Shown here piece after piece: positions 13,072 through 24,320 of a stretch of DNA of 64,000 nt. The notes under the pieces were generated by a model. It worked only from the letters and a program-made list of their open reading frames with translations. It ran no database searches and had not been told where the DNA came from. The position numbers and the translations under genes are program-made. The DNA comes from TPA_inf: Saccharomyces (lineage: Eukaryota): the NCBI GenBank assembly GCA_000146045.2, contig BK006934.2, positions 320,001 to 384,000 on the forward strand, given 5' to 3'. Positions within the stretch are counted from its first letter, which is position 1. Each line of letters starts with the position of its first letter.

Positions 13072-14394
13072 ATGAATGACTACCATCTCGAGGATACCAC
13101 GTCTGAACTTGAAGCATTAAGATTGGAGAATGCACAATTAAGAGAGCAGCTTGCCAAGAGAGAAGACAGCAGCCGCGACTACCCATTATCTTTGGAAGAA
13201 TACCAACGTTACGGAAGACAAATGATTGTTGAAGAAACAGGTGGTGTAGCAGGTCAAGTCAAGTTGAAAAATACAAAAGTTTTGGTAGTTGGTGCTGGAG
13301 GTTTGGGATGTCCCGCCTTGCCCTACTTAGCGGGCGCTGGCGTGGGCCAAATAGGCATAGTAGATAACGATGTGGTGGAGACTTCCAATTTGCATAGGCA
13401 GGTTCTTCATGATTCTAGCAGAGTTGGAATGTTGAAATGTGAGTCGGCCAGGCAATATATCACGAAACTGAACCCACACATTAACGTCGTTACCTATCCC
13501 GTTAGATTGAACTCCAGTAATGCTTTTGACATTTTCAAAGGTTACAATTATATATTAGACTGCACAGATTCTCCATTAACGAGATACCTGGTGTCTGATG
13601 TTGCAGTTAATCTGGGAATAACAGTAGTGTCTGCATCCGGTTTGGGAACAGAGGGCCAGCTAACTATATTGAATTTTAACAATATAGGGCCATGCTACAG
13701 ATGCTTTTATCCAACACCTCCGCCACCAAATGCCGTGACCTCTTGCCAAGAAGGCGGTGTGATAGGACCTTGCATTGGACTAGTTGGAACAATGATGGCT
13801 GTAGAAACTTTGAAGCTTATCCTAGGAATCTACACCAATGAAAATTTTAGTCCCTTTTTGATGTTATATTCAGGTTTCCCACAGCAGAGCCTGCGCACTT
13901 TCAAAATGAGAGGCAGACAAGAAAAGTGTCTATGCTGTGGTAAGAATCGAACGATAACAAAAGAAGCCATCGAAAAAGGTGAGATCAATTACGAACTGTT
14001 TTGTGGCGCACGAAACTATAATGTATGCGAGCCTGATGAGAGAATCAGTGTGGACGCATTTCAGCGTATCTACAAGGATGATGAATTTCTAGCAAAACAT
14101 ATATTTCTTGATGTTAGGCCATCCCATCATTACGAGATATCTCATTTCCCTGAAGCAGTTAATATTCCAATCAAAAATCTAAGAGATATGAACGGTGATC
14201 TTAAGAAACTGCAAGAAAAACTTCCCAGTGTAGAAAAAGACAGTAATATAGTGATTCTTTGCCGCTACGGTAACGACTCTCAGCTAGCTACAAGATTATT
14301 GAAGGATAAATTTGGGTTTTCTAATGTACGAGACGTGAGAGGAGGATACTTCAAATACATAGACGATATTGATCAAACCATTCCTAAATATTAG
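13072..14394 (+). CDS. UBA4: E1-like Urm1 activator (MoeB/ThiF domain fused to a C-terminal rhodanese domain), 440 aa
   Basis: ThiF/MoeB nucleotide motif (GAGGLGCPALPYLAGAGVG), CxxC pairs, and a C-terminal rhodanese domain with catalytic Cys (ILCRYGNDSQ). Confidence 0.92.
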   Translation: MNDYHLEDTTSELEALRLENAQLREQLAKREDSSRDYPLSLEEYQRYGRQMIVEETGGVAGQVKLKNTKVLVVGAGGLGCPALPYLAGAGVGQIGIVDNDVVETSNLHRQVLHDSSRVGMLKCESARQYITKLNPHINVVTYPVRLNSSNAFDIFKGYNYILDCTDSPLTRYLVSDVAVNLGITVVSASGLGTEGQLTILNFNNIGPCYRCFYPTPPPPNAVTSCQEGGVIGPCIGLVGTMMAVETLKLILGIYTNENFSPFLMLYSGFPQQSLRTFKMRGRQEKCLCCGKNRTITKEAIEKGEINYELFCGARNYNVCEPDERISVDAFQRIYKDDEFLAKHIFLDVRPSHHYEISHFPEAVNIPIKNLRDMNGDLKKLQEKLPSVEKDSNIVILCRYGNDSQLATRLLKDKFGFSNVRDVRGGYFKYIDDIDQTIPKY

Positions 14395-14526
14395 TTGACC
14401 TATACATGTATAACGTGTATATGTAACTTTATTTTTTTTTATCCCTTTCCCTCCTTTCATTATTTCTTCTTGTCTGTCACTTATGCTCTATAACAGGAAT
14501 GTTTTCGACACACTTGAGCAATTTAT

Positions 14527-15663
14527 TCAGGCTGCATCCTGCAATTCTTTCAAGGCCGAAGCCAAATCCTTAATCAAATCATTAGCGGATTCACAGCCCA
14601 CAGATACTCTTATTAAAGTTTGGTCGATATATGGGTCAGTCATTGCTCTCCATTCCACAAGGGATTCAATTCCACCCAGTGAGGTCGCATGATGGAAATA
14701 TTTCAGCTTGAGGGGTAATTGTTTACACTGCTCTTTGGTGTACAAAGTGATAGCAAAAACGGGACCATATCCTCCTACCAGTTGCTTTTTAACGAACTCT
14801 TCTGTTTGTAAAGAAGAGTGGTAAATCGTCTTCAATACTTTGTCAAATTCAGATTGGTGATCTGACAAAAATCTAACTAATTTCGTAGCATTTTCTGATT
14901 GTTTGGTTATTCTCATTTCGTAGGTTCTCAGGGATCGCAACAACATGAAACTTTCCAAATTTGCCACGTTTGTACCCAAGTAGATTCTGTCGTCTTTTAG
15001 TTGTCGGGAAGTTGCTTCCTCTTTGACTACAAGGACGCCACTTAACAAGTCAGAATGACCACCAAAGTACTTAGTAGCAGAGTATAGGACAATATCGGCT
15101 CCGAAATTCCATGCGTATTGCAATGGAGGAGATGCGAATGTGGAATCCACTATAAGCAGGGCGCCTTTTGCATGAGCTCTGCGGGCCAAACTCTCGATAT
15201 CAGAAGAGGTACCATATGGGTTTACAGGAGATTCCAGATGGACAATGTCACCTTCAGAAGCACATTTTTCAATATCTTCCAAGGGGTGTTGCTCAATGCC
15301 GTAATTACGGGTCAATATGTTAGCAATTGCTCGAACACCATGGTAGCTCTGTCCGATAAAGATCTTCTTAGGGTTGTAATGTACCATTGCCGCATAGAAC
15401 GCAGCTAACCCTGAAGAATAAATGACAGCATAACCATCGAGGATCTCTGAGAAGATACTCTCTAATCTGGTGCTATTTGGATGCGCTAGCCGTGAATATA
15501 CGGGCTTCTTCTCCATAAAGTCCAAGTTTTCACGCTCTGTCCATGGAATTAGGTCGTCATCGTCGTAACGGAAGGTTGTAGAGACATTAATTGGGGGCGC
15601 CACGTCAGTAACCCTGTTATCTTTATCATCGCCATGAATCAAAGCTGTTGACAAGTCCACCAT
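14527..15663 (-). CDS. PLP-dependent Cys/Met-metabolism enzyme (cystathionine gamma-synthase/beta-lyase family), 378 aa
   Basis: PLP-lysine motif ([12 protein letters not shown]), 378 aa, in the position of the uncharacterised YHR112C. Confidence 0.88.
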
Positions 15664-16336
15664 CTTACGTACTCTTTTCGTGCAATCTTTCCTTTATAGC
15701 ATGTACTACAACATTTGAAGAGATGGAGGGATTGCAACGATCTATTGTTGCGCAATATGCTTATATATCGCGTGTTGCATAAACCCATCAAGTGATCGCA
15801 CTCTGAATTAAACACCGCAAAAAAATAGAAACCACAGTTTCACCATTTGACAAGAACTCACAAGATATCCTTGAGGTCTATCAGTAAGTGGTTAATCCCG
15901 TACCAAAGCGTATGTGAAGGACTTCAGAAACAGTTATTTCACGTACTACAATTATTACAACTGGCCCTCTTTCCCTTATATATACTGTAAATATTGCGAC
16001 TGACATGGAGACCACATAATCACACGTGATAAATAGTCCCGTTCAACTTACGTATATAATGTGATTCAGTGTTCCGCCAAGGAGTAAACTCCTTTAGTTT
16101 AAGGTCTGCTTATTTTTGCAACAGAAGCCTGCCTTGGCTTTCGAGATACTAGTTTCTGGCTACGGTTTTCTATTCCTTATCATTTTAGCCTTATCATACT
16201 TGCTGAAAAGTTGCAGATATCTCCACGCTCTTAAATGAAAGAAAAAAGGGCGTTTTCCTCCTGTATGAATGAAAGAAAAAATTCATGTTATGTGAGCAAG
16301 TAGGTAAAAAGAAAGAATAAAAGGTTCAGCTTTTCT

Positions 16337-17809
16337 ATGTTCAGGATACAACTGAGAACTATGTCCAGCAAAACATGCAAGAGTGATTACCCAAAGGAGT
16401 TTGTCAGTTTCTTAAATAGCTCACACTCTCCTTACCATACAGTTCATAACATCAAAAAGCATCTGGTGTCAAATGGCTTCAAAGAGTTGAGCGAACGTGA
16501 CTCGTGGGCTGGCCACGTCGCACAAAAAGGAAAGTACTTTGTGACAAGAAATGGCTCTTCCATTATTGCGTTTGCTGTTGGTGGAAAGTGGGAGCCTGGT
16601 AATCCAATTGCCATTACGGGTGCTCACACCGACTCCCCCGCATTAAGGATTAAGCCTATTTCTAAAAGAGTCAGTGAGAAGTATTTACAAGTGGGCGTGG
16701 AAACTTATGGTGGCGCTATTTGGCATTCATGGTTTGATAAGGATTTGGGCGTTGCCGGAAGAGTTTTCGTAAAGGATGCGAAAACTGGCAAATCCATTGC
16801 TAGATTGGTGGATTTGAATAGACCTCTGTTAAAGATTCCTACTTTGGCTATTCATCTGGACAGAGACGTAAATCAAAAATTCGAGTTTAATAGAGAAACT
16901 CAACTGTTGCCGATTGGTGGTCTGCAAGAAGACAAAACTGAAGCGAAAACTGAAAAGGAAATTAATAACGGTGAGTTTACCTCCATAAAAACGATAGTAC
17001 AGAGGCATCACGCAGAACTTTTGGGGCTAATAGCCAAAGAACTCGCCATTGATACAATTGAAGACATTGAAGACTTCGAATTGATCCTTTATGATCATAA
17101 TGCATCCACTCTAGGTGGGTTCAACGATGAGTTTGTCTTCTCTGGTCGATTGGATAATTTGACATCTTGTTTCACATCAATGCACGGTTTAACGTTGGCG
17201 GCTGACACAGAAATTGACCGAGAATCAGGCATTAGATTGATGGCATGCTTTGATCATGAGGAGATTGGCTCATCCTCCGCCCAAGGGGCAGATTCTAACT
17301 TCTTGCCTAATATATTGGAAAGGTTGTCCATCCTGAAGGGGGACGGTTCTGATCAAACTAAACCTTTGTTTCACTCGGCAATATTGGAAACTTCCGCTAA
17401 GTCGTTTTTCCTTTCATCTGATGTTGCTCATGCAGTTCATCCAAACTATGCAAACAAATACGAAAGCCAACACAAACCCTTATTGGGTGGTGGTCCCGTA
17501 ATCAAGATTAACGCGAATCAACGTTACATGACCAATTCACCAGGGTTGGTCTTGGTGAAAAGACTAGCAGAGGCTGCTAAAGTCCCTTTGCAATTGTTTG
17601 TCGTAGCTAACGACTCACCATGCGGTTCTACCATCGGCCCCATTTTGGCCTCAAAGACAGGTATTAGAACTCTAGACTTGGGTAATCCTGTGTTGAGTAT
17701 GCATTCGATTAGAGAGACCGGTGGCTCTGCAGACCTGGAGTTCCAAATCAAGTTATTTAAGGAATTTTTTGAACGCTACACTTCCATAGAATCTGAAATT
17801 GTTGTCTAA
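16337..17809 (+). CDS. APE4: M18-family aspartyl aminopeptidase, 490 aa
   Basis: M18 aminopeptidase motifs (HTDSP, FDHEEIGS, metal-binding His/Asp/Glu). Length matches YHR113W. Confidence 0.88.
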   Translation: MFRIQLRTMSSKTCKSDYPKEFVSFLNSSHSPYHTVHNIKKHLVSNGFKELSERDSWAGHVAQKGKYFVTRNGSSIIAFAVGGKWEPGNPIAITGAHTDSPALRIKPISKRVSEKYLQVGVETYGGAIWHSWFDKDLGVAGRVFVKDAKTGKSIARLVDLNRPLLKIPTLAIHLDRDVNQKFEFNRETQLLPIGGLQEDKTEAKTEKEINNGEFTSIKTIVQRHHAELLGLIAKELAIDTIEDIEDFELILYDHNASTLGGFNDEFVFSGRLDNLTSCFTSMHGLTLAADTEIDRESGIRLMACFDHEEIGSSSAQGADSNFLPNILERLSILKGDGSDQTKPLFHSAILETSAKSFFLSSDVAHAVHPNYANKYESQHKPLLGGGPVIKINANQRYMTNSPGLVLVKRLAEAAKVPLQLFVVANDSPCGSTIGPILASKTGIRTLDLGNPVLSMHSIRETGGSADLEFQIKLFKEFFERYTSIESEIVV

Positions 17810-18082
17810 ACTGCAATTGTTAGATGATTCATAATCCGGTATATTTATTGCCCTCTTTTGTATTTTACAAATAGTAAATATATATAATATCTTGTGATCT
17901 ACATAAGCTTTCGCGGGGTCTTCAGAAAAATAAAAAGTTTTTAAAAGAATATACGCTTAGCAAAGGAATAGACAGATTTAGTTTGTACGCAAATAGTTTT
18001 TGAAGAAGGTAGCAGATTGATCAATTTTGTATGAGCGGAAATCTATCCTTAAACGCCAACTACTACATTACTTGCAATAAAA

Positions 18083-19984
18083 ATGAGTGCAGATTTATCG
18101 ATTGGTAATGAAATTAAAGATTCATTTAAGGAAACCCATAAATGGGTCCAAAATAACTTAAAATGGTTGAAGGACATTGAGCAATTTTATCGGGAAAGGG
18201 CTAAGTTAGAAAAAGACTACAGCGAGAGATTATCTCGCTTATCAGCAGAGTACTTTAATAAGAAGTCTTCGACCTCAGTTCCTATCTCGGTAGGTGACAC
18301 ACCTACTACCACGCCAGGGTCCATTGAAGCTGCAGGTGTGGTTGCATGGAATGAAATTCTATCTCAGACTGATATGATTTCCAAGGATCATGATCAGTTA
18401 TCAACCGACTTTGAAAATCATGTAGCAAATCAATTGAGTGGATTATTCACTAAACTTGATATGACTTTGAGCAAGATAAATGGATTTAACAATGACATGG
18501 TTAATAAAAAGGATAACATTTACCACGAACTGGAAAAAGCGAAGAAGGACTATGATGAAGCCTGTTCCACTATGGAAATGGCAAGAAATAGGTATACCAA
18601 GGCATCTAATGATAGAAATAAAAAGAAGTTGGATGAAAAAGAAATGGAGATGAACAAGTGTAAAAATGAATATTTAATCAAGATCAACCAGGCAAATAGA
18701 ACTAAGGATAAATACTATTTTCAAGATGTTCCTGAAGTGCTAGATCTTCTACAAGACGTAAATGAGGCAAAGACCCTTTTCTTAAATGATCTGTGGTTGA
18801 AGGCGGCTTCTGTCGAGAACGATCTGGGTGCAAATGTCAGCAAAAGACTCCAGGCGGCAAATTCTGTTGTCAAGCAGAATAAACCCTCTTTAAACACGGC
18901 CATCTTTATCAAGCACAATCTAAAGAATTGGAAAGAACCACAAGACTTTGTCTATAAGCCATCTCCAGTATGGCATGATGATGAAAAATTTGCTGTTCCC
19001 TCGTCGTTGGAAGTTGAAGACTTGAGAATAAAACTGGCAAAAGCAGAAAATGATTACAATTCATTGCAAGATAAAACTCAAAATGAGTTATCCAAACTGT
19101 CTACTTTGAACAAGATAAAGCACGAAATGAAAACTAATGAAGATAATATCAATGCCACTAAGTTTTATGATACACTAAAGGAATACTTAAATGTCGTTTC
19201 ACCCTTTACCTCACACGAAACATTAAAATTGCAAGCCGAAGTTCAAATCGAAAGTATTCAGAATAATGTTCCTGAAGAATACGATTTATCCACAGACAAT
19301 ATTGATCTTTCCAAAACAAAGAAGAAATCCGGGATATTCAGTAAGTTCAAACACAACATCCTGAACGTCGACTCGAAGCCTTCGAGTGGAGGGAGCACTG
19401 GTAATGGCAACGGAGGACCCTTGCATATAACAAGTCTCTTCAACACATCAAGAAGAACTAGGCTAGGCTCTGCCCCTAACAACGCTGGTGAAGATTCAGA
19501 TAATAATTCTATACGCACCACTAGTACCAACAATACAAAAAAGACCACACAAAATTCCAGTGATGACGGCAAGAATAAAGTGTTGTATGCATACGTACAA
19601 AAGGATGATGACGAAATCACCATTACGCCAGGAGACAAAATCTCTTTGGTTGCACGCGATACGGGTTCTGGATGGACTAAGATAAATAACGACACCACTG
19701 GGGAAACCGGCCTTGTACCCACCACATATATTCGCATATCTAGCGCGGCTACAGTTAAAGCAAATGATAGAGGCCCTGCACCAGAAGTACCACCACCAAG
19801 AAGGAGTACACTACCTGTTAGGACGATGGAGGCCATATATGCCTACGAAGCACAGGGAGATGATGAGATTTCAATTGATCCGGGGGACATAATTACTGTT
19901 ATCAGAGGCGATGACGGTAGCGGGTGGACATATGGTGAATGTGACGGATTGAAAGGTCTATTTCCTACAAGTTACTGTAAATGA
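18083..19984 (+). CDS. BZZ1: F-BAR protein with two C-terminal SH3 domains, 633 aa
   Basis: N-terminal FCH/F-BAR coiled region. Two SH3 domains are visible: VLYAYVQKDDDEITITPGDKISLV...GWTKI and AIYAYEAQGDDEISIDPGDIITVI...GWTYGE. Confidence 0.92.
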   Translation: MSADLSIGNEIKDSFKETHKWVQNNLKWLKDIEQFYRERAKLEKDYSERLSRLSAEYFNKKSSTSVPISVGDTPTTTPGSIEAAGVVAWNEILSQTDMISKDHDQLSTDFENHVANQLSGLFTKLDMTLSKINGFNNDMVNKKDNIYHELEKAKKDYDEACSTMEMARNRYTKASNDRNKKKLDEKEMEMNKCKNEYLIKINQANRTKDKYYFQDVPEVLDLLQDVNEAKTLFLNDLWLKAASVENDLGANVSKRLQAANSVVKQNKPSLNTAIFIKHNLKNWKEPQDFVYKPSPVWHDDEKFAVPSSLEVEDLRIKLAKAENDYNSLQDKTQNELSKLSTLNKIKHEMKTNEDNINATKFYDTLKEYLNVVSPFTSHETLKLQAEVQIESIQNNVPEEYDLSTDNIDLSKTKKKSGIFSKFKHNILNVDSKPSSGGSTGNGNGGPLHITSLFNTSRRTRLGSAPNNAGEDSDNNSIRTTSTNNTKKTTQNSSDDGKNKVLYAYVQKDDDEITITPGDKISLVARDTGSGWTKINNDTTGETGLVPTTYIRISSAATVKANDRGPAPEVPPPRRSTLPVRTMEAIYAYEAQGDDEISIDPGDIITVIRGDDGSGWTYGECDGLKGLFPTSYCK

Positions 19985-20057
19985 ACGAAGGAATGAACTG
20001 AAACTATTAAATATTTTCCCTGGCCGCCACTTTTTTGAGAGGTATGACGACTCTATG

Positions 20058-20058
<1 letters not shown>

Positions 20059-20090
<32 letters not shown>
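20059..20090. repeat. (TA)16 dinucleotide microsatellite
   Basis: Perfect TA run in the convergent 3' region between BZZ1 and DMA1. Confidence 0.95.
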
Positions 20091-20091
<1 letters not shown>

Positions 20092-20108
20092 CACAAAATT
20101 TCATGTGA

Positions 20109-21359
20109 TCAATCTACTAGGCGAACACCTAAATTGTTATTTATTTCCATGTCTATATCCATTTCAATGTCTGGCTCATCTTCGTCCTCGTTTTCGAATT
20201 CGGATTCAGATTCGGATTCCAAGGTAGTCTCCAAATCACAGTTTGTCCTACAGTTCGGACACATGAATTGAGGATAATTCATAATAACCAATCTTCTTAC
20301 ACAATGAAAATGCCAACTATGGGCACATGGTGATATAAAAATGGCTTGGCAAGGTTTTATTTTGTTTAGACAAATGGAACAGTCTTCTTGTTCTAAACCA
20401 GTAGTTAGTTTCTGTAGATTTTTTATTCGGCTCAAGGCTTCTTTATTAAATGCATTGGCCTTTAATTTCCAAGACTTGTTCAATTCTATTTTCATCTTAA
20501 CACAACGATATATCTCTTCCGTCCCGCCGCGAAAGTCCATACCCAGCTGTATGATATCTCCGTCATGTAAAAGGTAGTCCTTAGAAGTGGTAGACGCAGA
20601 AGATAGACGCTGGTGGTTCAAAAAGGTCCCACTGGAAGACTTGACATCTTTCAAAAACCAGTTTCCTTGGTCATCAACTTTGAAACACCCATGGGTCCTG
20701 GATATCACTTTTGATTTGAACACTACGGGATGATACTGATCTGGAATTTTGGAAATTGCCTCTCTTACTCTTTCGGTGTATCTTCCGATGATAATTTGCG
20801 AGCCTGCGCCCGCAGTCCTGATAATGGGGTCAAAGAAAAGACCCTGGTTAGCCACAGACGTGGATGAAGTATCTATAAACGGGGTTAGCCTAATGCTGAA
20901 AAGCCCGTGCTTGTCCATTCTGCGTTTCAAAGTAGATTGGTCTATCCGTTCCGGTAGCGAGGTATTTGGTGGGAGATGTATATCAAGTGAAAACTCCGTC
21001 TGATTGACTTGGTTTGGAGGATATATGAAATGGCGGATACTCTTTGTAGTGTTCACCGCGGGGGCTGTATTCGTCTCCACAGTGGCAGCAGCAGCAGCAG
21101 TAGCACCAACATTGCCGTTTGCGCTACCGTTATTTGCAACGACTAAAGAAGTAGCCGTACGCGAGGGCAAAATACCTAAACCATTGCTAACGCTATTATT
21201 ATTGCTGTTATTGTTAGGCGTATCGTTAATGGTGAGAGAGATGGATATCGGTAGTCTGATGGGATTGTTGAACTTGGTGTGATCGTGAGAGGTAGCGATG
21301 CCAGAAGCAGCAGGTGGCGTCTGGTTTGGGGGAGATGAGGGAACAGTATTAGTAGACAT
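20109..21359 (-). CDS. DMA1: FHA-RING E3 ubiquitin ligase (mitotic checkpoint / septin regulation), 416 aa
   Basis: FHA domain (GRY...SRTHG...NGTFLN) and C-terminal RING (CSICL...CAHSWHFHC...CPNC). The first-ATG ORF is 438 aa. The start is set at the internal Met (MSTNTVPSSPP), which gives the recalled 416 aa. Confidence 0.85.
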   Translation of the reverse strand: MSTNTVPSSPPNQTPPAASGIATSHDHTKFNNPIRLPISISLTINDTPNNNSNNNSVSNGLGILPSRTATSLVVANNGSANGNVGATAAAAATVETNTAPAVNTTKSIRHFIYPPNQVNQTEFSLDIHLPPNTSLPERIDQSTLKRRMDKHGLFSIRLTPFIDTSSTSVANQGLFFDPIIRTAGAGSQIIIGRYTERVREAISKIPDQYHPVVFKSKVISRTHGCFKVDDQGNWFLKDVKSSSGTFLNHQRLSSASTTSKDYLLHDGDIIQLGMDFRGGTEEIYRCVKMKIELNKSWKLKANAFNKEALSRIKNLQKLTTGLEQEDCSICLNKIKPCQAIFISPCAHSWHFHCVRRLVIMNYPQFMCPNCRTNCDLETTLESESESEFENEDEDEPDIEMDIDMEINNNLGVRLVD

Positions 21360-21664
21360 CCAGGAATAACCACTATACAGAACGTATGTGCACAGGAAAT
21401 CGACACTGTAAGAAGAAAAGCTCACGGCACAAGAGTCAGAAACAGGGCAGTGAACAAAGAACGAGAAGTACGGTTTACAGTTGAGCCGTACACCGAGTTC
21501 CTCTTTGAATAATATCGAACCTATACACTAATGCACTAATGTGTTTCTGTTCACACCCAGAATTCTAAGGCTCCTGCTGATCCCAATGCTAAGGTTTATC
21601 AATTTTCTCATTCTCTTTGTGGGCCGTAAACAGTGATATTCTCTCACGAGAGCGCTTAAAGAGA

Positions 21665-22120
21665 ATGGAGAAGCCCAGCCCCACCAGGCGGCAAACTAGT
21701 AGTCTCTCCACTATCTCCAACGGTATGACCATGACCAACGATAATAGGGATACCACAAATACCAACAGTGGCTCTACAAGCAGCAACAATTCACAACCAT
21801 CTTCGTCTTCCACGCCACCAGCGGCCAGTGGACCCGTAACGGACAGAACCAAAGTCAACTATGTACCAAAGAGCGACGATCCGTCGTCATTTCAATACTA
21901 CCCAGACGACCCGGAGAACCCGGTCAATAAGTATAAATTCGCGTTAAAGGCTGACAGTCAGTACTATGATCCTTGTGAGGAGTCCTCCAAGCTCAGTTTT
22001 CAGTGCCTCGAGCGCAACGATTACGACCGATCCAAGTGCCAAGAATATTTTGACGCATACCGCGAATGCAAGAAACAATGGCTGACAGCCAGGAGGAAAA
22101 ACAGACAGCAGTGGGAATGA
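21665..22120 (+). CDS. COX23: Mitochondrial IMS twin-Cx9C protein (cytochrome oxidase assembly), 151 aa
   Basis: Twin Cx9C motifs are directly visible ([11 protein letters not shown] and [11 protein letters not shown]). The ORF track starts 16 codons upstream; the annotated start is taken at MEKPSPTRR. Confidence 0.85.
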   Translation: MEKPSPTRRQTSSLSTISNGMTMTNDNRDTTNTNSGSTSSNNSQPSSSSTPPAASGPVTDRTKVNYVPKSDDPSSFQYYPDDPENPVNKYKFALKADSQYYDPCEESSKLSFQCLERNDYDRSKCQEYFDAYRECKKQWLTARRKNRQQWE

Positions 22121-22348
22121 GGCAGCCTTTTCTTCTTGTTTGTTCAGCTGTGATCTGTTTTCTATATAGATCGCCACTACGCGACGTAGTGTTCCGACAG
22201 GCAGCCACAGCACACTCTAGTGCAATGTGAAAAACTAATTCGCAATGGTATGTAAATAAGCAAGCTAAATTGGATTTTCAAAGTGCGAATAAAGAATTTT
22301 TTGTATATATCTCTACATACTTGTATATACCGAACATAAGAAGCTCTT

Positions 22349-24268
22349 ATGGCCGAAAACTCCCTCCTGAGGTTTATCACCAAGAACAAAGTGGCCATCC
22401 TAGCAACGGTCTCTGCGGGGACTGCTGCTGTGGGTGCTTATGTTTACTACCAGCAAATTAAGCAGCAGCAACAGCAGCAATTGAAGGGTACAAAAGACAA
22501 CCGACGTCAAAGTGAGGCCTTTGCTGGTCAAAATGAAGACGAGGCGGACTTAAAGGACGACGGCAGCGTCGTAAGTGGAAGTAATAAGAGGAAGAAGAAG
22601 AAGAATAAACGCAAGAGGAACAATAAGGCAAAATCGGGAGAAGGGTTTGACTATCCCTCCTTGCCCAATGGCGAGCCTGATATTGCCCAATTGAAAGGCC
22701 TATCACCCTCCCAGAGACAAGCGTATGCCGTGCAACTGAAGAACAGAGGTAACCACTTCTTCACTGCTAAGAATTTTAATGAGGCCATCAAATACTACCA
22801 GTATGCCATTGAGCTGGACCCGAATGAACCAGTGTTCTATTCCAACATATCTGCTTGTTACATTTCTACGGGCGACTTAGAGAAGGTTATAGAGTTCACT
22901 ACAAAGGCACTTGAGATAAAACCTGACCATTCTAAAGCCTTGCTGAGACGTGCATCTGCCAACGAGTCACTGGGCAACTTCACTGATGCTATGTTTGATC
23001 TATCTGTTTTGTCATTGAATGGTGACTTTGATGGAGCCTCCATTGAACCTATGCTGGAAAGAAATTTAAATAAGCAAGCAATGAAAGTACTAAATGAAAA
23101 CCTATCGAAGGATGAAGGCAGAGGCTCGCAGGTTTTGCCGTCTAACACATCTCTGGCGTCATTTTTTGGGATTTTTGACTCTCACTTAGAAGTTTCTAGT
23201 GTGAACACCAGTTCAAACTACGATACTGCATACGCTCTATTGTCAGATGCTTTGCAAAGACTATATTCTGCAACAGATGAAGGTTACTTAGTAGCAAACG
23301 ATCTTTTAACAAAGTCCACTGACATGTACCACTCTCTACTTTCTGCAAATACAGTGGACGATCCTTTAAGAGAGAATGCTGCCTTGGCATTGTGCTACAC
23401 GGGTATTTTCCATTTCTTAAAAAATAACCTGTTAGATGCCCAAGTTCTTTTACAAGAATCTATAAACCTGCATCCAACACCAAATTCGTACATATTTTTG
23501 GCATTGACCTTGGCCGATAAAGAAAACTCTCAAGAATTTTTCAAATTTTTCCAAAAAGCTGTTGATCTAAACCCTGAGTATCCGCCAACCTATTACCACC
23601 GTGGGCAGATGTATTTTATTCTACAAGATTATAAAAATGCCAAGGAAGATTTCCAAAAGGCCCAAAGCTTGAACCCTGAAAATGTTTATCCCTACATTCA
23701 ATTAGCCTGTTTGTTGTACAAGCAAGGTAAATTTACCGAATCTGAAGCTTTTTTCAATGAAACAAAGTTGAAGTTTCCTACCTTACCTGAGGTGCCCACC
23801 TTTTTCGCTGAAATCTTGACAGATAGGGGCGATTTTGATACTGCAATTAAACAATATGATATTGCTAAAAGGTTGGAAGAAGTGCAAGAAAAAATACATG
23901 TGGGTATAGGACCCTTGATTGGGAAAGCAACTATATTAGCTAGACAATCCTCTCAAGATCCAACCCAGTTGGATGAAGAGAAATTCAACGCAGCCATTAA
24001 GCTGCTGACAAAAGCCTGTGAATTAGATCCACGATCTGAACAAGCGAAGATCGGGTTAGCACAACTAAAATTACAAATGGAAAAAATTGACGAGGCCATA
24101 GAATTGTTTGAAGATTCTGCAATTTTAGCAAGAACTATGGATGAAAAACTTCAAGCTACTACCTTCGCGGAAGCTGCAAAGATACAAAAGCGTTTGAGGG
24201 CTGATCCAATCATAAGTGCAAAGATGGAGCTAACATTAGCTCGTTATAGGGCTAAAGGCATGCTTTAG
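22349..24268 (+). CDS. TOM71: Mitochondrial outer membrane TPR receptor (Tom70 paralog), 639 aa
   Basis: N-terminal TM anchor, charged linker and multiple TPR repeats. 639 aa matches YHR117W. Confidence 0.9.
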
Positions 24269-24320
24269 AAGATATGTCAGGTATTGGTCAAATATATACT
24301 TTTAGTTAATACTGGATATG

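Noticed and set aside
19258-19836. 192-aa antisense ORF inside BZZ1
   Set aside because: Embedded antisense to conserved SH3-domain coding sequence. Leu/Val/Pro-rich low complexity is characteristic of reverse-strand artefacts.
20341-21282. Three plus-strand ORFs (78, 84 and 92 aa) antisense to DMA1
   Set aside because: Embedded in the DMA1 CDS on the other strand. The poly-Ala/Leu runs reflect the complement of DMA1's S/T/N-rich region.
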